In this document: one piece after another, positions 1 to 9,715 of the stretch
How positions within the stretch are numbered: the first letter of the stretch is position 1
Layout of the letters: the number at the start of each line of letters is the position of its first letter
Origin: a virus
Taxonomy: Duplodnaviria; Caudoviricetes
Reading direction: 5' to 3' (one strand)
IMG/VR virus record: IMGVR_UViG_3300047313_000057
Span: 32,001-96,000 of that record
Length of the DNA: 64,000 bases
Notes under the pieces: generated by a model
Database searches by the model: none
Told to the model about the DNA's origin: nothing
What the model saw: only the letters and a program-made list of their open reading frames with translations
Made by a program: the position numbers and the translations under genes

Positions 1-3
1 GGA

Positions 4-951
4 TCACTGCAGCGCCTTCACGACGTACGTGGATGTCCCGTTGATCCGGCGGACGGAAATAATGAACAGGTGGTTATTGACCGTATCGAGCGCGTCGCCG
101 GTGTTGCTGCCGACGGTGAAGCCCGAAAAGGAGATCGTCCCCGCCGATGCGTTGTTGGTGACGAGGATGTCCATGGCGCAGTCCGACGACGGCGCCGCCA
201 GCGTATGGGCGCCGCCGTTGGTGTAGAATTGGTAATTGCTGGTCGCCGGATTGGGTGTGAAGGTGCCCGACGATTGCGTCCCTGCGTTGTTCGGCGTGAA
301 CGTGTAGCCGACCGTGATGGTCGCCGTCGCATTGGACCGCAGCACGTTGGACAGCCCCACGGCGCTGACCGTGGTCTTGGCGAGCTGCCCTCCCGCCGTG
401 TCGTAGAGCAGGAGTTCATCGGTCTGCAGCGGGGACGCCTTGAGCGTCAGGCCATGCAGCCGCGACGGCTGCGAGATCGCGAGCGTCGCGCCGCCGATCT
501 GGGCGAACACGTCGGCGGAGGTGGTCCACACGTCGCCGTTGACCGGCGAATTCGGTACCGATCCCGGCGCGATGTTGAGGCCGGAGATGGCGGACGTCGA
601 TGCGACGGTCGTGAGGTGCGCGGTCAGCGTACCGCCCGAGAAGGCGCCGCCCGCGCCGCCGCCGATCGTGCCGGTCGTCAGGTTGAAGGTCGATCCCCCG
701 ATCCGGCAGAACAGGCCCGATGCGGTCGACCACACGTCGCCATTATTCGGCGACGTCGGCGCGACGCCGATCGCGACGTTGAACCCGGCCGCCGCGGTGG
801 TGGAGGCGACCGTGATCAGCGGCCCCGTCAGCGATCCGCCGCCGGTGCCGAGCAGCGTGATCCCGGGGTCGTCCATCTTCGCCGCGAAGTAGGAATTCCA
901 CTGCGCCGACGTCGGGACCTGCCCCGGGATGAGGCCGGGATTGTTGCCCAT
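4..951 (-). CDS. Tail fibre/spike-like virion protein with a tandem ~60-aa repeat
   Basis: Gly/Thr/Ser-rich; two copies of LT..L.TVAST.A..G.N.A.G..P.SP.NGDVW.T; distal end of the tail operon. Confidence 0.6.
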   Translation of the reverse strand: MGNNPGLIPGQVPTSAQWNSYFAAKMDDPGITLLGTGGGSLTGPLITVASTTAAAGFNVAIGVAPTSPNNGDVWSTASGLFCRIGGSTFNLTTGTIGGGAGGAFSGGTLTAHLTTVASTSAISGLNIAPGSVPNSPVNGDVWTTSADVFAQIGGATLAISQPSRLHGLTLKASPLQTDELLLYDTAGGQLAKTTVSAVGLSNVLRSNATATITVGYTFTPNNAGTQSSGTFTPNPATSNYQFYTNGGAHTLAAPSSDCAMDILVTNNASAGTISFSGFTVGSNTGDALDTVNNHLFIISVRRINGTSTYVVKALQ

Positions 952-957
952 TAATTT

Positions 958-1482
958 TTATCCCAGAAGCTTATCCACGTCGCCGCGCGTCACCGCCGTG
1001 CCGCGCCGGATCTCGGCGAACGCCGTGTTCATGTTGGCATGCGCGAGGTCGATGAAGGCAAAGGCCTGGGTGTGGAGCGCGAGGATATCGGACGCCGTCA
1101 GCACGGCTTCCCAGCCATTGTCATGGTCCACCCATGTCGCCGACGTCGCGGCATTGCTGCGCGCCATCACGGCGAGTTCCGTCAACCGTGTGCGATCGAC
1201 CCAGTTCAGGGCGACGCGCACGGGATGATCCGGGATGGCCGATACGCGGGTCAGGAACCCCTTGCGGATTTTTTCGTTCACCGCGCCGCGAGCATAGTTC
1301 ACGAGGTCGGAAGCCGTGGCCGCGGGATCACTCCTGCGGGCGATGGCCGCTCCTTCCCGGACGTCGCCGATGTTGGCGGTTTCCGAGGGAAACACCGTGA
1401 GGCCGTCGGGCGGCACATAGCCGTCGCCGACGATCACGACGTGCTCGACCCGGCCTTGTTGATTGATGAGCGCAGCGCGCAT
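958..1482 (-). CDS. Tail fibre assembly chaperone (DUF4376-like C-terminus)
   Basis: Follows the fibre gene; N-terminal MRAALI...V.HVVIV...ANIGD and W.D.DN...LTA.DI.AL pattern typical of fibre chaperones. Confidence 0.6.
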   Translation of the reverse strand: MRAALINQQGRVEHVVIVGDGYVPPDGLTVFPSETANIGDVREGAAIARRSDPAATASDLVNYARGAVNEKIRKGFLTRVSAIPDHPVRVALNWVDRTRLTELAVMARSNAATSATWVDHDNGWEAVLTASDILALHTQAFAFIDLAHANMNTAFAEIRRGTAVTRGDVDKLLG

Positions 1483-1499
1483 CTAGAACTCCAAGACGA

Positions 1500-2786
1500 C
1501 TAAAACTCCAGGACGACGCAGAACCCTGACGCGCCATTGGCGCCGGCGCCGCCGGAATCAGCACCGCCGCCGCCGGCGCCGTAAGCGCGGCCGGGATTGC
1601 CCACGATATTGGGGGCGCCGAGACCGCCCCCGCCCCAGAACGACGATCCGCCGGTTCCCGAGCCGAAGCCGGGTGCCTGGTTCTCGACGGTGACGCCGTC
1701 GCCGCCCGGGATGACGATGCCGCCGGTTCCCGTCGCGCTACCGAGCCCGCCCGAGTTGGTGGCCGGCGCACCGAAGCCACCGTTGGCGGTGGCGAAAGCC
1801 CCGAACGACGACGGCGAGCCGTTGCCGCCGGCGCCGTTGAACACTCCGGCACCGCCCGCGCCGATCGTGACGGGCAGCGAACTGAACGAGATCCCGACCA
1901 GCGTCATCACGGTCGCGCCCGCGCCGCCGCCGCCGCCGCAGCTCGACGCCGAGCCGCCGGCCCCGCCGCCGCCGGTGATGAGCACCAGCGCCTTCGAGGC
2001 GCCGGTGAAGGGCACATAGGTGGCGGACGCGGTGAACCCCTGGATATTGAGCAATCCGCCGCCGCTCGCGACCTGCTCCAGCTGAAACTTGGCACCGTCG
2101 TAGATGAAGGTGCCGATCATCCCTACCGCCAGTTGGCCGGCCCTGACGGCAGCCCCGGTCGGCGTGACGATCACCTTGGCGCCGAGCAATTGCCCGTTGG
2201 CGCCCATGACGTTCAGGGTCGGCGTCGTCGTCGCGTTGGCGTTGGCGATCTTGACCTGGAACCGCTGGTATTTGGCGTAGGCGACCGGCGCCGGCGCCGG
2301 CGCGATGACGTAGTTGTCGGCCGACCCGGTATCGTCTGCCGAGACGTAGGCGCCGTTCTGGATCGGCGTGATGAAGGCGACCCCCGCCCAGCCCGGCGCG
2401 CCTGGCGTCGTGTCGGGATTGGTGACATTGTTGTCGGCGGTACTCACCCAGGCATTGCCGGGCATCACCGATGCGATCAGCGACCCCTGCATGTAGCCGC
2501 CGACGGCGGCGGCGAACGTGGCGTCGAAGAAAGTGAGACCGCCGGCCGCGGTCCACCGCGACCACGCCGTGATCTGGTTGAACAGGCCGTTGAAGTCGCG
2601 GCCCCACGGCGGCGTGCCACCGGCCCCGACCGGGAGAAAGGTGACCGGCGGAAACCCGTCGTTGAGCGACGCCGCCCCGGCGGTGATGCCGATCTGCGAG
2701 AGCACCGGGATCGCGTTGATGTACTGTGCCGCCGCCGCGTTCGCGAACGGAATCGTGAACTTGCCGGGGACCTGGCTGATCTGCAT
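1500..2786 (-). CDS. Tail fibre protein with glycine-rich C-terminal domain
   Basis: N-terminal PFA...IP...GAASLNDGFPP.T..P..AGG.PP.G.DFNG anchor; GGGGAGG-rich C-terminus. Confidence 0.8.
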   Translation of the reverse strand: MQISQVPGKFTIPFANAAAAQYINAIPVLSQIGITAGAASLNDGFPPVTFLPVGAGGTPPWGRDFNGLFNQITAWSRWTAAGGLTFFDATFAAAVGGYMQGSLIASVMPGNAWVSTADNNVTNPDTTPGAPGWAGVAFITPIQNGAYVSADDTGSADNYVIAPAPAPVAYAKYQRFQVKIANANATTTPTLNVMGANGQLLGAKVIVTPTGAAVRAGQLAVGMIGTFIYDGAKFQLEQVASGGGLLNIQGFTASATYVPFTGASKALVLITGGGGAGGSASSCGGGGGAGATVMTLVGISFSSLPVTIGAGGAGVFNGAGGNGSPSSFGAFATANGGFGAPATNSGGLGSATGTGGIVIPGGDGVTVENQAPGFGSGTGGSSFWGGGGLGAPNIVGNPGRAYGAGGGGADSGGAGANGASGFCVVLEF

Positions 2787-2793
2787 GCTGGGG

Positions 2794-3585
2794 TCACATG
2801 AGGGAGGGATAGACGATGGTGTTGGCGACCCCGGACGGCTTCGGCAGCACGCCCGACGTCGACACGATCGCGAGTTCGGCCTTGGTGATCGGGAAGGTGA
2901 AGACGATCTGCATCGTCATGTTGCGGCCGTCCGCGACGTAGACGTTGCCGCGGTTGGGAAACAGCGCCCGCAGGATGGCATTGATCGAGGGGACCGAGCC
3001 GTCGGAGATGTTGGCCATCGCCTTCGCGAGGATGAGCTGGCGGAACGTCTTGTCGGCAAGCGCGAAGTTCGAGGTGGCGGCAACGCCGTTATAGAACGGC
3101 CCGACACCGCCGGGGCCGAAGTCCTCGACCGTCGCCGGGGTCTGCTCCTCGAACCCGAAGAACTTGCCGGTCTGGATCTGCACGACCCGCACCACGCCGA
3201 CGATGCGCCCCCACACGTCCAAACCGTAATCGCGCGCCGTCGCGATGTTCCAGATGTTGTCGAACAGCGCGTCCATGTTTTTCGTCTGGTCGATATACTG
3301 CTGGAAGTTGCCGATCAGCGTCGTCAGAATCGGCGAGTTCGCATACTGCGAGATGATCGTATTCCAGAACGAGAACGGGATGATGTCGCCGATCGGCGAG
3401 GCGCCGATGACGAACGTGCCGATGCCCGGCTGGACCGGGAACTGCGGTGGCGGCGGATAGGGCGGCCCGGTCGGCGGACCGACCTGGAAGCTGCGCAGCG
3501 TGCGGAAATCGGCCGGCGAGAAATCGACCGGATCGAAGTCGTCGGTGCCGAAGTCGAGGGTGGAGAAATCCGAGCCTAGAGGCAT
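2794..3585 (-). CDS. Baseplate wedge protein (DUF2612-like)
   Basis: TIISQYANSP, W.I.TA..YGLDVWGRIVGV, FR.LI..KA..NI, GVLPKP.GV motifs. Confidence 0.8.
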   Translation of the reverse strand: MPLGSDFSTLDFGTDDFDPVDFSPADFRTLRSFQVGPPTGPPYPPPPQFPVQPGIGTFVIGASPIGDIIPFSFWNTIISQYANSPILTTLIGNFQQYIDQTKNMDALFDNIWNIATARDYGLDVWGRIVGVVRVVQIQTGKFFGFEEQTPATVEDFGPGGVGPFYNGVAATSNFALADKTFRQLILAKAMANISDGSVPSINAILRALFPNRGNVYVADGRNMTMQIVFTFPITKAELAIVSTSGVLPKPSGVANTIVYPSLM

Positions 3586-3599
3586 CGGCGCGGCCTATG

Positions 3600-3845
3600 C
3601 TATGCCGCCGCTGCTTGATCGGAGCGCTCGATCGCCGCCGCGAGCTGCCCGCACTGCGCCTCCGCCCGCTCCGCCCGCTCGATCTGCTGTTGCAATTGAG
3701 CCGATATCTCGCCGATGCGCGCTTCCAGCTCGGCGGCGCGCGCCCGCGTCATCTCCAGCTCATATCCGAGCTTAGCGTTGTCCACGATGACCTGCCCGAG
3801 CGCGCCCGCGACGCGCTGCTCGACGGATTGCACGTTCTGTGTCAT
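3600..3845 (-). CDS. Small coiled-coil protein
   Basis: 81-aa heptad-rich ORF in the operon. Confidence 0.5.
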   Translation of the reverse strand: MTQNVQSVEQRVAGALGQVIVDNAKLGYELEMTRARAAELEARIGEISAQLQQQIERAERAEAQCGQLAAAIERSDQAAAA

Positions 3846-3875
3846 GTGTGTTTTTTCCAGATCGAAGAGGAAAAT

Positions 3876-4211
3876 ATGATTCCGAAAGAGGTGATAAACA
3901 AATTCGCCGAAGAACTGCGCAAGTGGTGGTCATTCGACGATAGGCAGATTCACACCCATACTTGGCATTCGCGGGAAGACTTCATTGTCGAAGTGCTTCC
4001 CGGCTTGTTCGCTACCGCCATGTCCTCCCAGAGGGGGATGGAGAAGTTGATTACCCGTCTGGAAATGCTTGTTGCTGACCCGCGAGTGTCGGACGAATTG
4101 ATCGGAATCACTGTTCGGAACTTTTTCGCAGAACCCGTACCATTGACGGAGAAGCAAAAGCAGCGTGTGGAGCGATTGCGCAATCCCCTTCCCCCAACCA
4201 CTCAGAAATGA
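3876..4211 (+). CDS. Hypothetical antisense accessory protein (111 aa)
   Basis: GAGG RBS before ATG 3876; fills the gap between two minus-strand genes; lower GC. Confidence 0.6.
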   Translation: MIPKEVINKFAEELRKWWSFDDRQIHTHTWHSREDFIVEVLPGLFATAMSSQRGMEKLITRLEMLVADPRVSDELIGITVRNFFAEPVPLTEKQKQRVERLRNPLPPTTQK

Positions 4212-4212
4212 A

Positions 4213-5106
4213 CTATGTCGTCCCCGTTCCCATGTAATCCACCATGATGACCGCCGACCCCGCCGAGGATGGCGTCCCCGTCTGCGTCAACCGGATGAAG
4301 AAGTTGGCGACGCCTGCGGGCCCCGGCATCGACGCGAGATTCGCCATCGCCGCCGCCGCATTGGCGGTCCAGTTGGGATTGACGAATCCCAGCGCCTTGA
4401 TGTTGGTCGCCGTCAGATAGGCGTTGTCGCCGATCGCCGTTCCCGCCGTCAGGTTGACCGATCCGCTCGCGCCGAACGAGCCGGTCGTGTAGGCCTGTAT
4501 CCCCAGCAGGGTGACGCCGGGCGGGATGATCATCGAAATGTCGGTGGTTGCGACCGTGCCCGAGCACGTGCCCGTCACCTTCTGCCCCGCCTCGACCGGC
4601 GAGGCGACGATGTTGCCGTAGAGCGACATCGTCCCCGACAGCGTCGCCGTATTGCCAAGCGCGGAAATGGTCAGCGTCGCGGTGCCGGCCGCCGAGCCGT
4701 TCATCTGCAACTGGCCGGCGGTGCCGAGCGATCCGATATTGAGGAAGCCGCCGAAGTAGCCGTTGCCGCCGACGCCAAGGCCACCGGGCGAGTTGATGAT
4801 GACGGTGCCGGTGATCGCCGACGTCGTCGAGACGCCGGCCGCGAAGATGTGCTGCCCGGTCCAGATCGGCGCGATGCCGACGTTGAGGGCCGGTGCCGCA
4901 TCGGCACGCATCGCACTGGTGGACGATCCGGCTTGCGAAGCGAGTCCGATCTGGGCGGACGGAGACGCAAACCCGGTGACGCCGCTCTGGAAGACCGCGG
5001 CGTTCATGTCGCGCAGCACCTGCCGCAAGGTGGCCGCGGTGATGTCGATGCCGGAAGCCAGCTGGGTGTTGATCTCTGAGTCGAGGTTGGATTGCGTCTG
5101 GGCCAT
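4213..5106 (-). CDS. Tail fibre/baseplate-associated structural protein
   Basis: Coupled to the baseplate J stop; ITAATLRQVL.DM motif; Gly/Thr-rich beta-type sequence. Confidence 0.55.
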   Translation of the reverse strand: MAQTQSNLDSEINTQLASGIDITAATLRQVLRDMNAAVFQSGVTGFASPSAQIGLASQAGSSTSAMRADAAPALNVGIAPIWTGQHIFAAGVSTTSAITGTVIINSPGGLGVGGNGYFGGFLNIGSLGTAGQLQMNGSAAGTATLTISALGNTATLSGTMSLYGNIVASPVEAGQKVTGTCSGTVATTDISMIIPPGVTLLGIQAYTTGSFGASGSVNLTAGTAIGDNAYLTATNIKALGFVNPNWTANAAAAMANLASMPGPAGVANFFIRLTQTGTPSSAGSAVIMVDYMGTGTT

Positions 5107-7181
5107 TACTGATAGCTCACGGCGATGTTGCCCGCGGCGACCTGCGGGATCTGATCGAGATGGACGGCGACGCTGGTCTGGTCGGCGGTCGCAAGGCCGA
5201 GCACCTGCTGCACGGCGGCACTCGCACCGCTCGGCACATAGGTCTTGACTGCACTGCCGACGTCGATCTGTGCACCAAACACTTGGATTGTCGTATTACT
5301 CAGAATGTCGGTTCCCCCGGTCGTCACATTATTGGAATTGCCGGAAAACGACATGAACAGCGTGGTGGCGGTATTGGTTTGAACCGTCACCGAACATCTG
5401 AAAAAGCCATTGGCAGCAGGTTGCACCGACGTCGACACAAGGCTGAATGGATTTGCACCTCCGCCGATGGCCGGACCCAGCGAGACCTGGCCCGTCACCA
5501 GATTGAAGGTTGTATCGACATTGTTGGTAAAACTGGAGACGCTCCCGTCGCTGATGAACATGCCGAGATAATTGCCGGTGCCCGGCTTCGCATCTATACT
5601 GTAGGTGAAGATGATGCCGGCGGCGGTCTTGGGAATGGTCTGGGACACCGACGCATTCGCGGTGCCGGAACGCTGCCATGTCCAGGCATCGTTGGTGCCG
5701 TCGGGCGACGTGCCGGCGGTTCCCGTTATCGTGCAGTTGCTCGTCGCCCAGGTCGTGCTGAAATTATTGGATTGCAGAACGAGATTGCCGATGCCGAGAT
5801 ACTGCAGCGCCGAGACCGTATAGACGCCGGTCCCGCCCGCCGAGCCGCTCACCTGACTGAGGATCGTCGTCCCCGGAATCACGACGCCCGACCCGTTGGA
5901 AATCGACACCGTCTGCCCGACGCCGATCGATCCCGACGTGAGCGACGTCACGAACAGCGATGTGCCGGTGCAATAGCCCAGCGCCGTCGCCGCATCGGAA
6001 TTGTTGTTCGAGCCGATCTGAATCGAGATGACGTTGCCCTGCGCCCAGGTGCCGAGCGCGGCGATCGGCGGCACGAAGCGGCTGGCCCAGATCTTCGCCC
6101 CGATGGTCGCCGCCGGCCCGTCGATGACGTTGACGGCATTGGGGTTGCCGGCCGCCGCGGCAATGATGGCGTTCTGGATGAGCTGCGTCGCGTTCGCCGG
6201 CACCGCGACGCTGTTGACGATGGCGACGGAAAACAAGAGCGGCAGCGGATTGGGGATCTGGTAGGTGACGGTGTAGGCCGGGAACGGCGGGGCATAGCCC
6301 GGTGAGGTATCCTGGATCGTCACCGTGGTGTTGCCGGCAGCGTAGGCGCAGCCCGGCGCCTTCTTCGACCAGATCGCCTGCGCGACCTGCTGCGGATTGC
6401 CGCCGAACGCCGCGACATAGATGGAGTTGGCCGCGAGCGAAACGTTGCCGACGGTCTGCGGGGTCGCCTGCGTGTTTTCGGTCACATACGCCTGCAGCAC
6501 TCCGGGCACCGAGAGCACGGTGCCGAGCACCGAGGGCAGGCTGCCCAGCGAGTTCGCCGCGGTCGAAAGGCCCCGCCGGGTCTCGAAGGCGGCCCGCGAC
6601 TCGGTCGGCTGCCCCTGCACGCCGGAGAGCAGCGTCGCCGTATCCCATCCGGTGATCGCCTGAAAGATCGACACCGAGGCCGGCACCGCGAGCGCCCCCA
6701 GCGATCCTGTCGCAGTGGCAGCGAAGGTGAGCGCGACGGTGCCGCTGGCGCCGATGACGCCGCCGCCCAGGCAGGCATACGGATTGCCGCCGGGATCGGC
6801 GATGAGCGCCCCGATCGGAATCACGGTGCCGACCGCGCCGGTGCACTGGATCAGCAGCGTGGTCGGGATCGGACCGTTGCGTTCGATATCGTAGATGCGC
6901 CCGATCGCATCCTGCATCCGCCCTTCGGCAAACGCCGGGTCGGTCTGCGTCGAGAAGTGTAGGAACGTGTCGTAGACATTGCCGATGATCGCCGCCATCG
7001 ACGCCGCCAGCTGGCCCTGCGGCGTGGCATTGGTGAGCGAGCCGCCGGTGGTGCCGAAGTTGAGGTTGCCGCCGAACGCGGTATTGATGTCCTGCGAAAC
7101 GCCGGCCAGCACGGCGGATTCGGCGGGCGCGACGAAGCCCGTCGGCGCAAAGGTGACGCCGGGAACGTTGGTGCCTGTCAC
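5106..7181 (-). CDS. Baseplate J-like protein with inserted Ser/Thr-rich module and C-terminal carbohydrate-binding-like domain
   Basis: TPQGQL, DP..AEGR.QDAIG.IY.I.R, ES.A.FE.RR, VA.AIW.KKAPG motifs; NL.LQSN.F...W domain. Confidence 0.85.
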   Translation of the reverse strand: MTGTNVPGVTFAPTGFVAPAESAVLAGVSQDINTAFGGNLNFGTTGGSLTNATPQGQLAASMAAIIGNVYDTFLHFSTQTDPAFAEGRMQDAIGRIYDIERNGPIPTTLLIQCTGAVGTVIPIGALIADPGGNPYACLGGGVIGASGTVALTFAATATGSLGALAVPASVSIFQAITGWDTATLLSGVQGQPTESRAAFETRRGLSTAANSLGSLPSVLGTVLSVPGVLQAYVTENTQATPQTVGNVSLAANSIYVAAFGGNPQQVAQAIWSKKAPGCAYAAGNTTVTIQDTSPGYAPPFPAYTVTYQIPNPLPLLFSVAIVNSVAVPANATQLIQNAIIAAAAGNPNAVNVIDGPAATIGAKIWASRFVPPIAALGTWAQGNVISIQIGSNNNSDAATALGYCTGTSLFVTSLTSGSIGVGQTVSISNGSGVVIPGTTILSQVSGSAGGTGVYTVSALQYLGIGNLVLQSNNFSTTWATSNCTITGTAGTSPDGTNDAWTWQRSGTANASVSQTIPKTAAGIIFTYSIDAKPGTGNYLGMFISDGSVSSFTNNVDTTFNLVTGQVSLGPAIGGGANPFSLVSTSVQPAANGFFRCSVTVQTNTATTLFMSFSGNSNNVTTGGTDILSNTTIQVFGAQIDVGSAVKTYVPSGASAAVQQVLGLATADQTSVAVHLDQIPQVAAGNIAVSYQ

Positions 7182-7194
7182 GCGGATCTACCTT

Positions 7195-7590
7195 TTACGG
7201 CGAAACCGAGACGCCCATCAGGAACGAGGCGAAGTCGGCGACCGAGAGCACCTGCCCGCCCGGCCCCTTGATCTGCACCTGTCCGGTCAGCACGCGGGTG
7301 CGGTCGATATTGGCGATGAAGACGCTCGCCGACTGCACACCGGGAACGAGCAGCGCCGCCGCACGATAATGCGCGCGCAGCAGGGCAAGCGGCGGCATCT
7401 GGCCGAGGATTTCCTGGAAATACGGGACGCCCTGGGTGGTGTCGTACCAGAGTTCGTTTAGGAACAGCCGGCACTGGCTCGCCGCGTCCTGTGCAAGCGC
7501 GTAGGGTTCTTGCGCAACGGCGATGTTGCCGAAGCTGTCCACGCATAGATCCCACGTGCTGATATCGAGCAACAGGGTATTGGCCATCAC
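7195..7590 (-). CDS. Baseplate wedge/sheath initiator (gp25-like)
   Basis: TLLLD..TWDL..D..GNIA, AQD....RLF..E.WYDTT.GVPY. Confidence 0.8.
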   Translation of the reverse strand: MMANTLLLDISTWDLCVDSFGNIAVAQEPYALAQDAASQCRLFLNELWYDTTQGVPYFQEILGQMPPLALLRAHYRAAALLVPGVQSASVFIANIDRTRVLTGQVQIKGPGGQVLSVADFASFLMGVSVSP

Positions 7591-8315
7591 GACCCCGGCG
7601 TCGGCGGCCCGCCGGTTCCCGACCCGCCACTAAGCGTATGGGTATGCTGCTGCAGCTCCACAGAGTCCCCGCCCCCGAACCCCGCCGTCACGTTCCCGGT
7701 CGCCTGTACCTGCCCCTTTATCGTGACGATGCCGTTGGCCGGTGCCAGCGTGATGCCGCCCTTGCCGTCCATTATGACGGTGCTCCCCGCCGCATCACCG
7801 ATGACGATGCTGCCGTCCTTCTTGAAGGTGACATACTGCTTGGGCTTCTTCGATAGGATCCCGCCCATGTAGACCGAGTCGGCGAAGTCGTGGCGCCGCC
7901 GCGAGTTTGGCGTGAACGGCCCGGTGTTGCCCTGGGCATAGCCGTCCTTGAACGAGGAGATGTCCCGGTCGGCCACCTTCACGAAGCCGACGTCGCCCAC
8001 TGTCGGGTCCATGATGACCGCCGCATTGCCGCCATAGGCCCGGGTATAGGGGATGTGATAGATCGTTCCGTGATCCATCTTCTGATTGTTGCCGTCGGCC
8101 TGGCTGACCAACGGCTGGACATCGACGAAGCCTGCCTCCTCCACGTCGCCCTGGGTCTTTGCGGTCTTGCCGTCGATCTTGTAGACCTTGACGACCTTGA
8201 CCGGCATCAGGCCGCGGAGCTGAGCGAGATCGCGCTCGTTGTGGAAGGCGACGCGATCGAATTCTGAAGCCCCGTTGGGCCAGAGCATGTAGCCAAAGCC
8301 GTCGGTATTGCTCAT
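7587..8315 (-). CDS. Central baseplate spike (gp138/gpV-like)
   Basis: VDVQPLV, P.VGD.G....DRDIS, RRHD..D and C-terminal HTH metal-binding tip. Confidence 0.85.
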   Translation of the reverse strand: MSNTDGFGYMLWPNGASEFDRVAFHNERDLAQLRGLMPVKVVKVYKIDGKTAKTQGDVEEAGFVDVQPLVSQADGNNQKMDHGTIYHIPYTRAYGGNAAVIMDPTVGDVGFVKVADRDISSFKDGYAQGNTGPFTPNSRRRHDFADSVYMGGILSKKPKQYVTFKKDGSIVIGDAAGSTVIMDGKGGITLAPANGIVTIKGQVQATGNVTAGFGGGDSVELQQHTHTLSGGSGTGGPPTPGS

Positions 8316-8330
8316 GAAAGGAGATTTCCT

Positions 8331-8546
8331 ATGAATCCGCGTACCGTCGTCATAAGCGCCATCGCAGCAATCGGCGTCGTCATGCTAGTGATGATCGCGT
8401 GGGTCGAAGGCATCTATTGCGCGGAAAACGACATCAGCCTGTCTCAACAGGTCTATGCCGACTGCATGAAAGGGATGCTGTCGTCCGGTCCTCTATGCAG
8501 CCGCACTGCAAAAGACGTGTCATGCAAGCGATGGGCACGATGGTAG
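8331..8546 (+). CDS. Small antisense membrane/secreted Cys-containing protein
   Basis: AAAGGAG RBS; N-terminal hydrophobic helix; four Cys. Confidence 0.6.
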   Translation: MNPRTVVISAIAAIGVVMLVMIAWVEGIYCAENDISLSQQVYADCMKGMLSSGPLCSRTAKDVSCKRWARW

Positions 8547-8559
8547 ACCAAGAGTTCAC

Positions 8560-9057
8560 CTACCGCATCGACCCCCAATTGAGCATCTGCGATCCGCCGC
8601 CCGGCGGGTCGATCGTCGCGTTGGGGAACGCCAGCAGGAAATCCTCGCTGCCAGCGAGCACGTCGGGGTCGAACGGCCCCTGTCCGTAGTCGTCGGGCAG
8701 TTCGGCCGGAAAGTGATAGACCAGCACGAACCGCGAGGTAAGCGGATTGCCGAGGCCCTCGAAGTCGGGAGATGCTCCATTGCCGCCCGCCATCTCCATC
8801 GTGGTCATCGACGGGCCGAACTCGTCGTGGAAATGCAAGTCCCCGACGAAGCCGAGATAGGACGAGCGGACGACGAAGTTGCCGTCCTGGCAGATGACGC
8901 CCTGCACGATGGGCTGCAGCGTGCCGGCGATGCTCACGAACAGATCGAGGAACAGCCCGAAGAATTTCTGATAGACGTTGATCGTGCACACCTGATTGTT
9001 CAGCACGATATTGAGCGTCTGGCTGGGCAGCGCCTGAAGCGGGATCAGCAAGGGCAT
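8560..9057 (-). CDS. Baseplate plug-like protein
   Basis: Start ATG 9057; IPLQA.PSQTL.I.L.NQ.C.I...QK..GLF.DL and YLGF.GDL.F.D motifs. Confidence 0.7.
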   Translation of the reverse strand: MPLLIPLQALPSQTLNIVLNNQVCTINVYQKFFGLFLDLFVSIAGTLQPIVQGVICQDGNFVVRSSYLGFVGDLHFHDEFGPSMTTMEMAGGNGASPDFEGLGNPLTSRFVLVYHFPAELPDDYGQGPFDPDVLAGSEDFLLAFPNATIDPPGGGSQMLNWGSMR

Positions 9058-9713
9058 CACTGCACCGGCAAGGATGGCGTGATCTGCGAGGGTGACCCGC
9101 TCCCACCGCCGGTGTCCGCCGGCACCGGCGCGACCGCCCCGATGCTCTGCTGGTCGGCGCTGGCGGGATTCTGCACGCTCGACGCCAGGAGCGCGCCGGT
9201 GTTCTGCGGGATCACCTGGCTGAGCCACACGTCGATGACGACGAGGCCGACGCCGCGTTGCGCCTCGCGCCGGTAGTCGTAGTGCGAGATCGAGGCGGAA
9301 AGGTAGGTGATCTCCGGCGTAACGACGGAATAGACCGGCTGCTGGCCGCCGGTGACCGCAGCGACTGCGGCGATCTGGTTCAGGAGATTGGCGCGCGCCT
9401 GCGCCGACGAACCCGATGCGAACCGCACCTTGGCGAGATAGGGCAGCAGCACCTTGTCGTAGGACTCGAAGGTACCACCCTCGACCGGATAATCTGAAAT
9501 CGTCCAGTCGTTCCTGAACTCGAAGCCGGTGACAGACTCCGCGGTGATGACCGGTGCACCGCCCAAGAAGATTCCCCATTGCGGGCTGAACACGGAGGAG
9601 AACTGGCTGACGAGATCGCCGGTCAGGAGCGCGGGCAGCGCGGCCCCGCCGGGCGTCGCGAACGCCACCGGCGGGACGCCGGGGACATTGGGGACCGTAA
9701 CGAGGAAGGCCAT
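9057..9713 (-). CDS. Tail tube initiator/Dit-like baseplate protein
   Basis: Start ATG 9713; ISDYPVE.G.F.SY.KV..P and VVTPE.TY motifs. Confidence 0.75.
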   Translation of the reverse strand: MAFLVTVPNVPGVPPVAFATPGGAALPALLTGDLVSQFSSVFSPQWGIFLGGAPVITAESVTGFEFRNDWTISDYPVEGGTFESYDKVLLPYLAKVRFASGSSAQARANLLNQIAAVAAVTGGQQPVYSVVTPEITYLSASISHYDYRREAQRGVGLVVIDVWLSQVIPQNTGALLASSVQNPASADQQSIGAVAPVPADTGGGSGSPSQITPSLPVQ

Positions 9714-9715
9714 CG

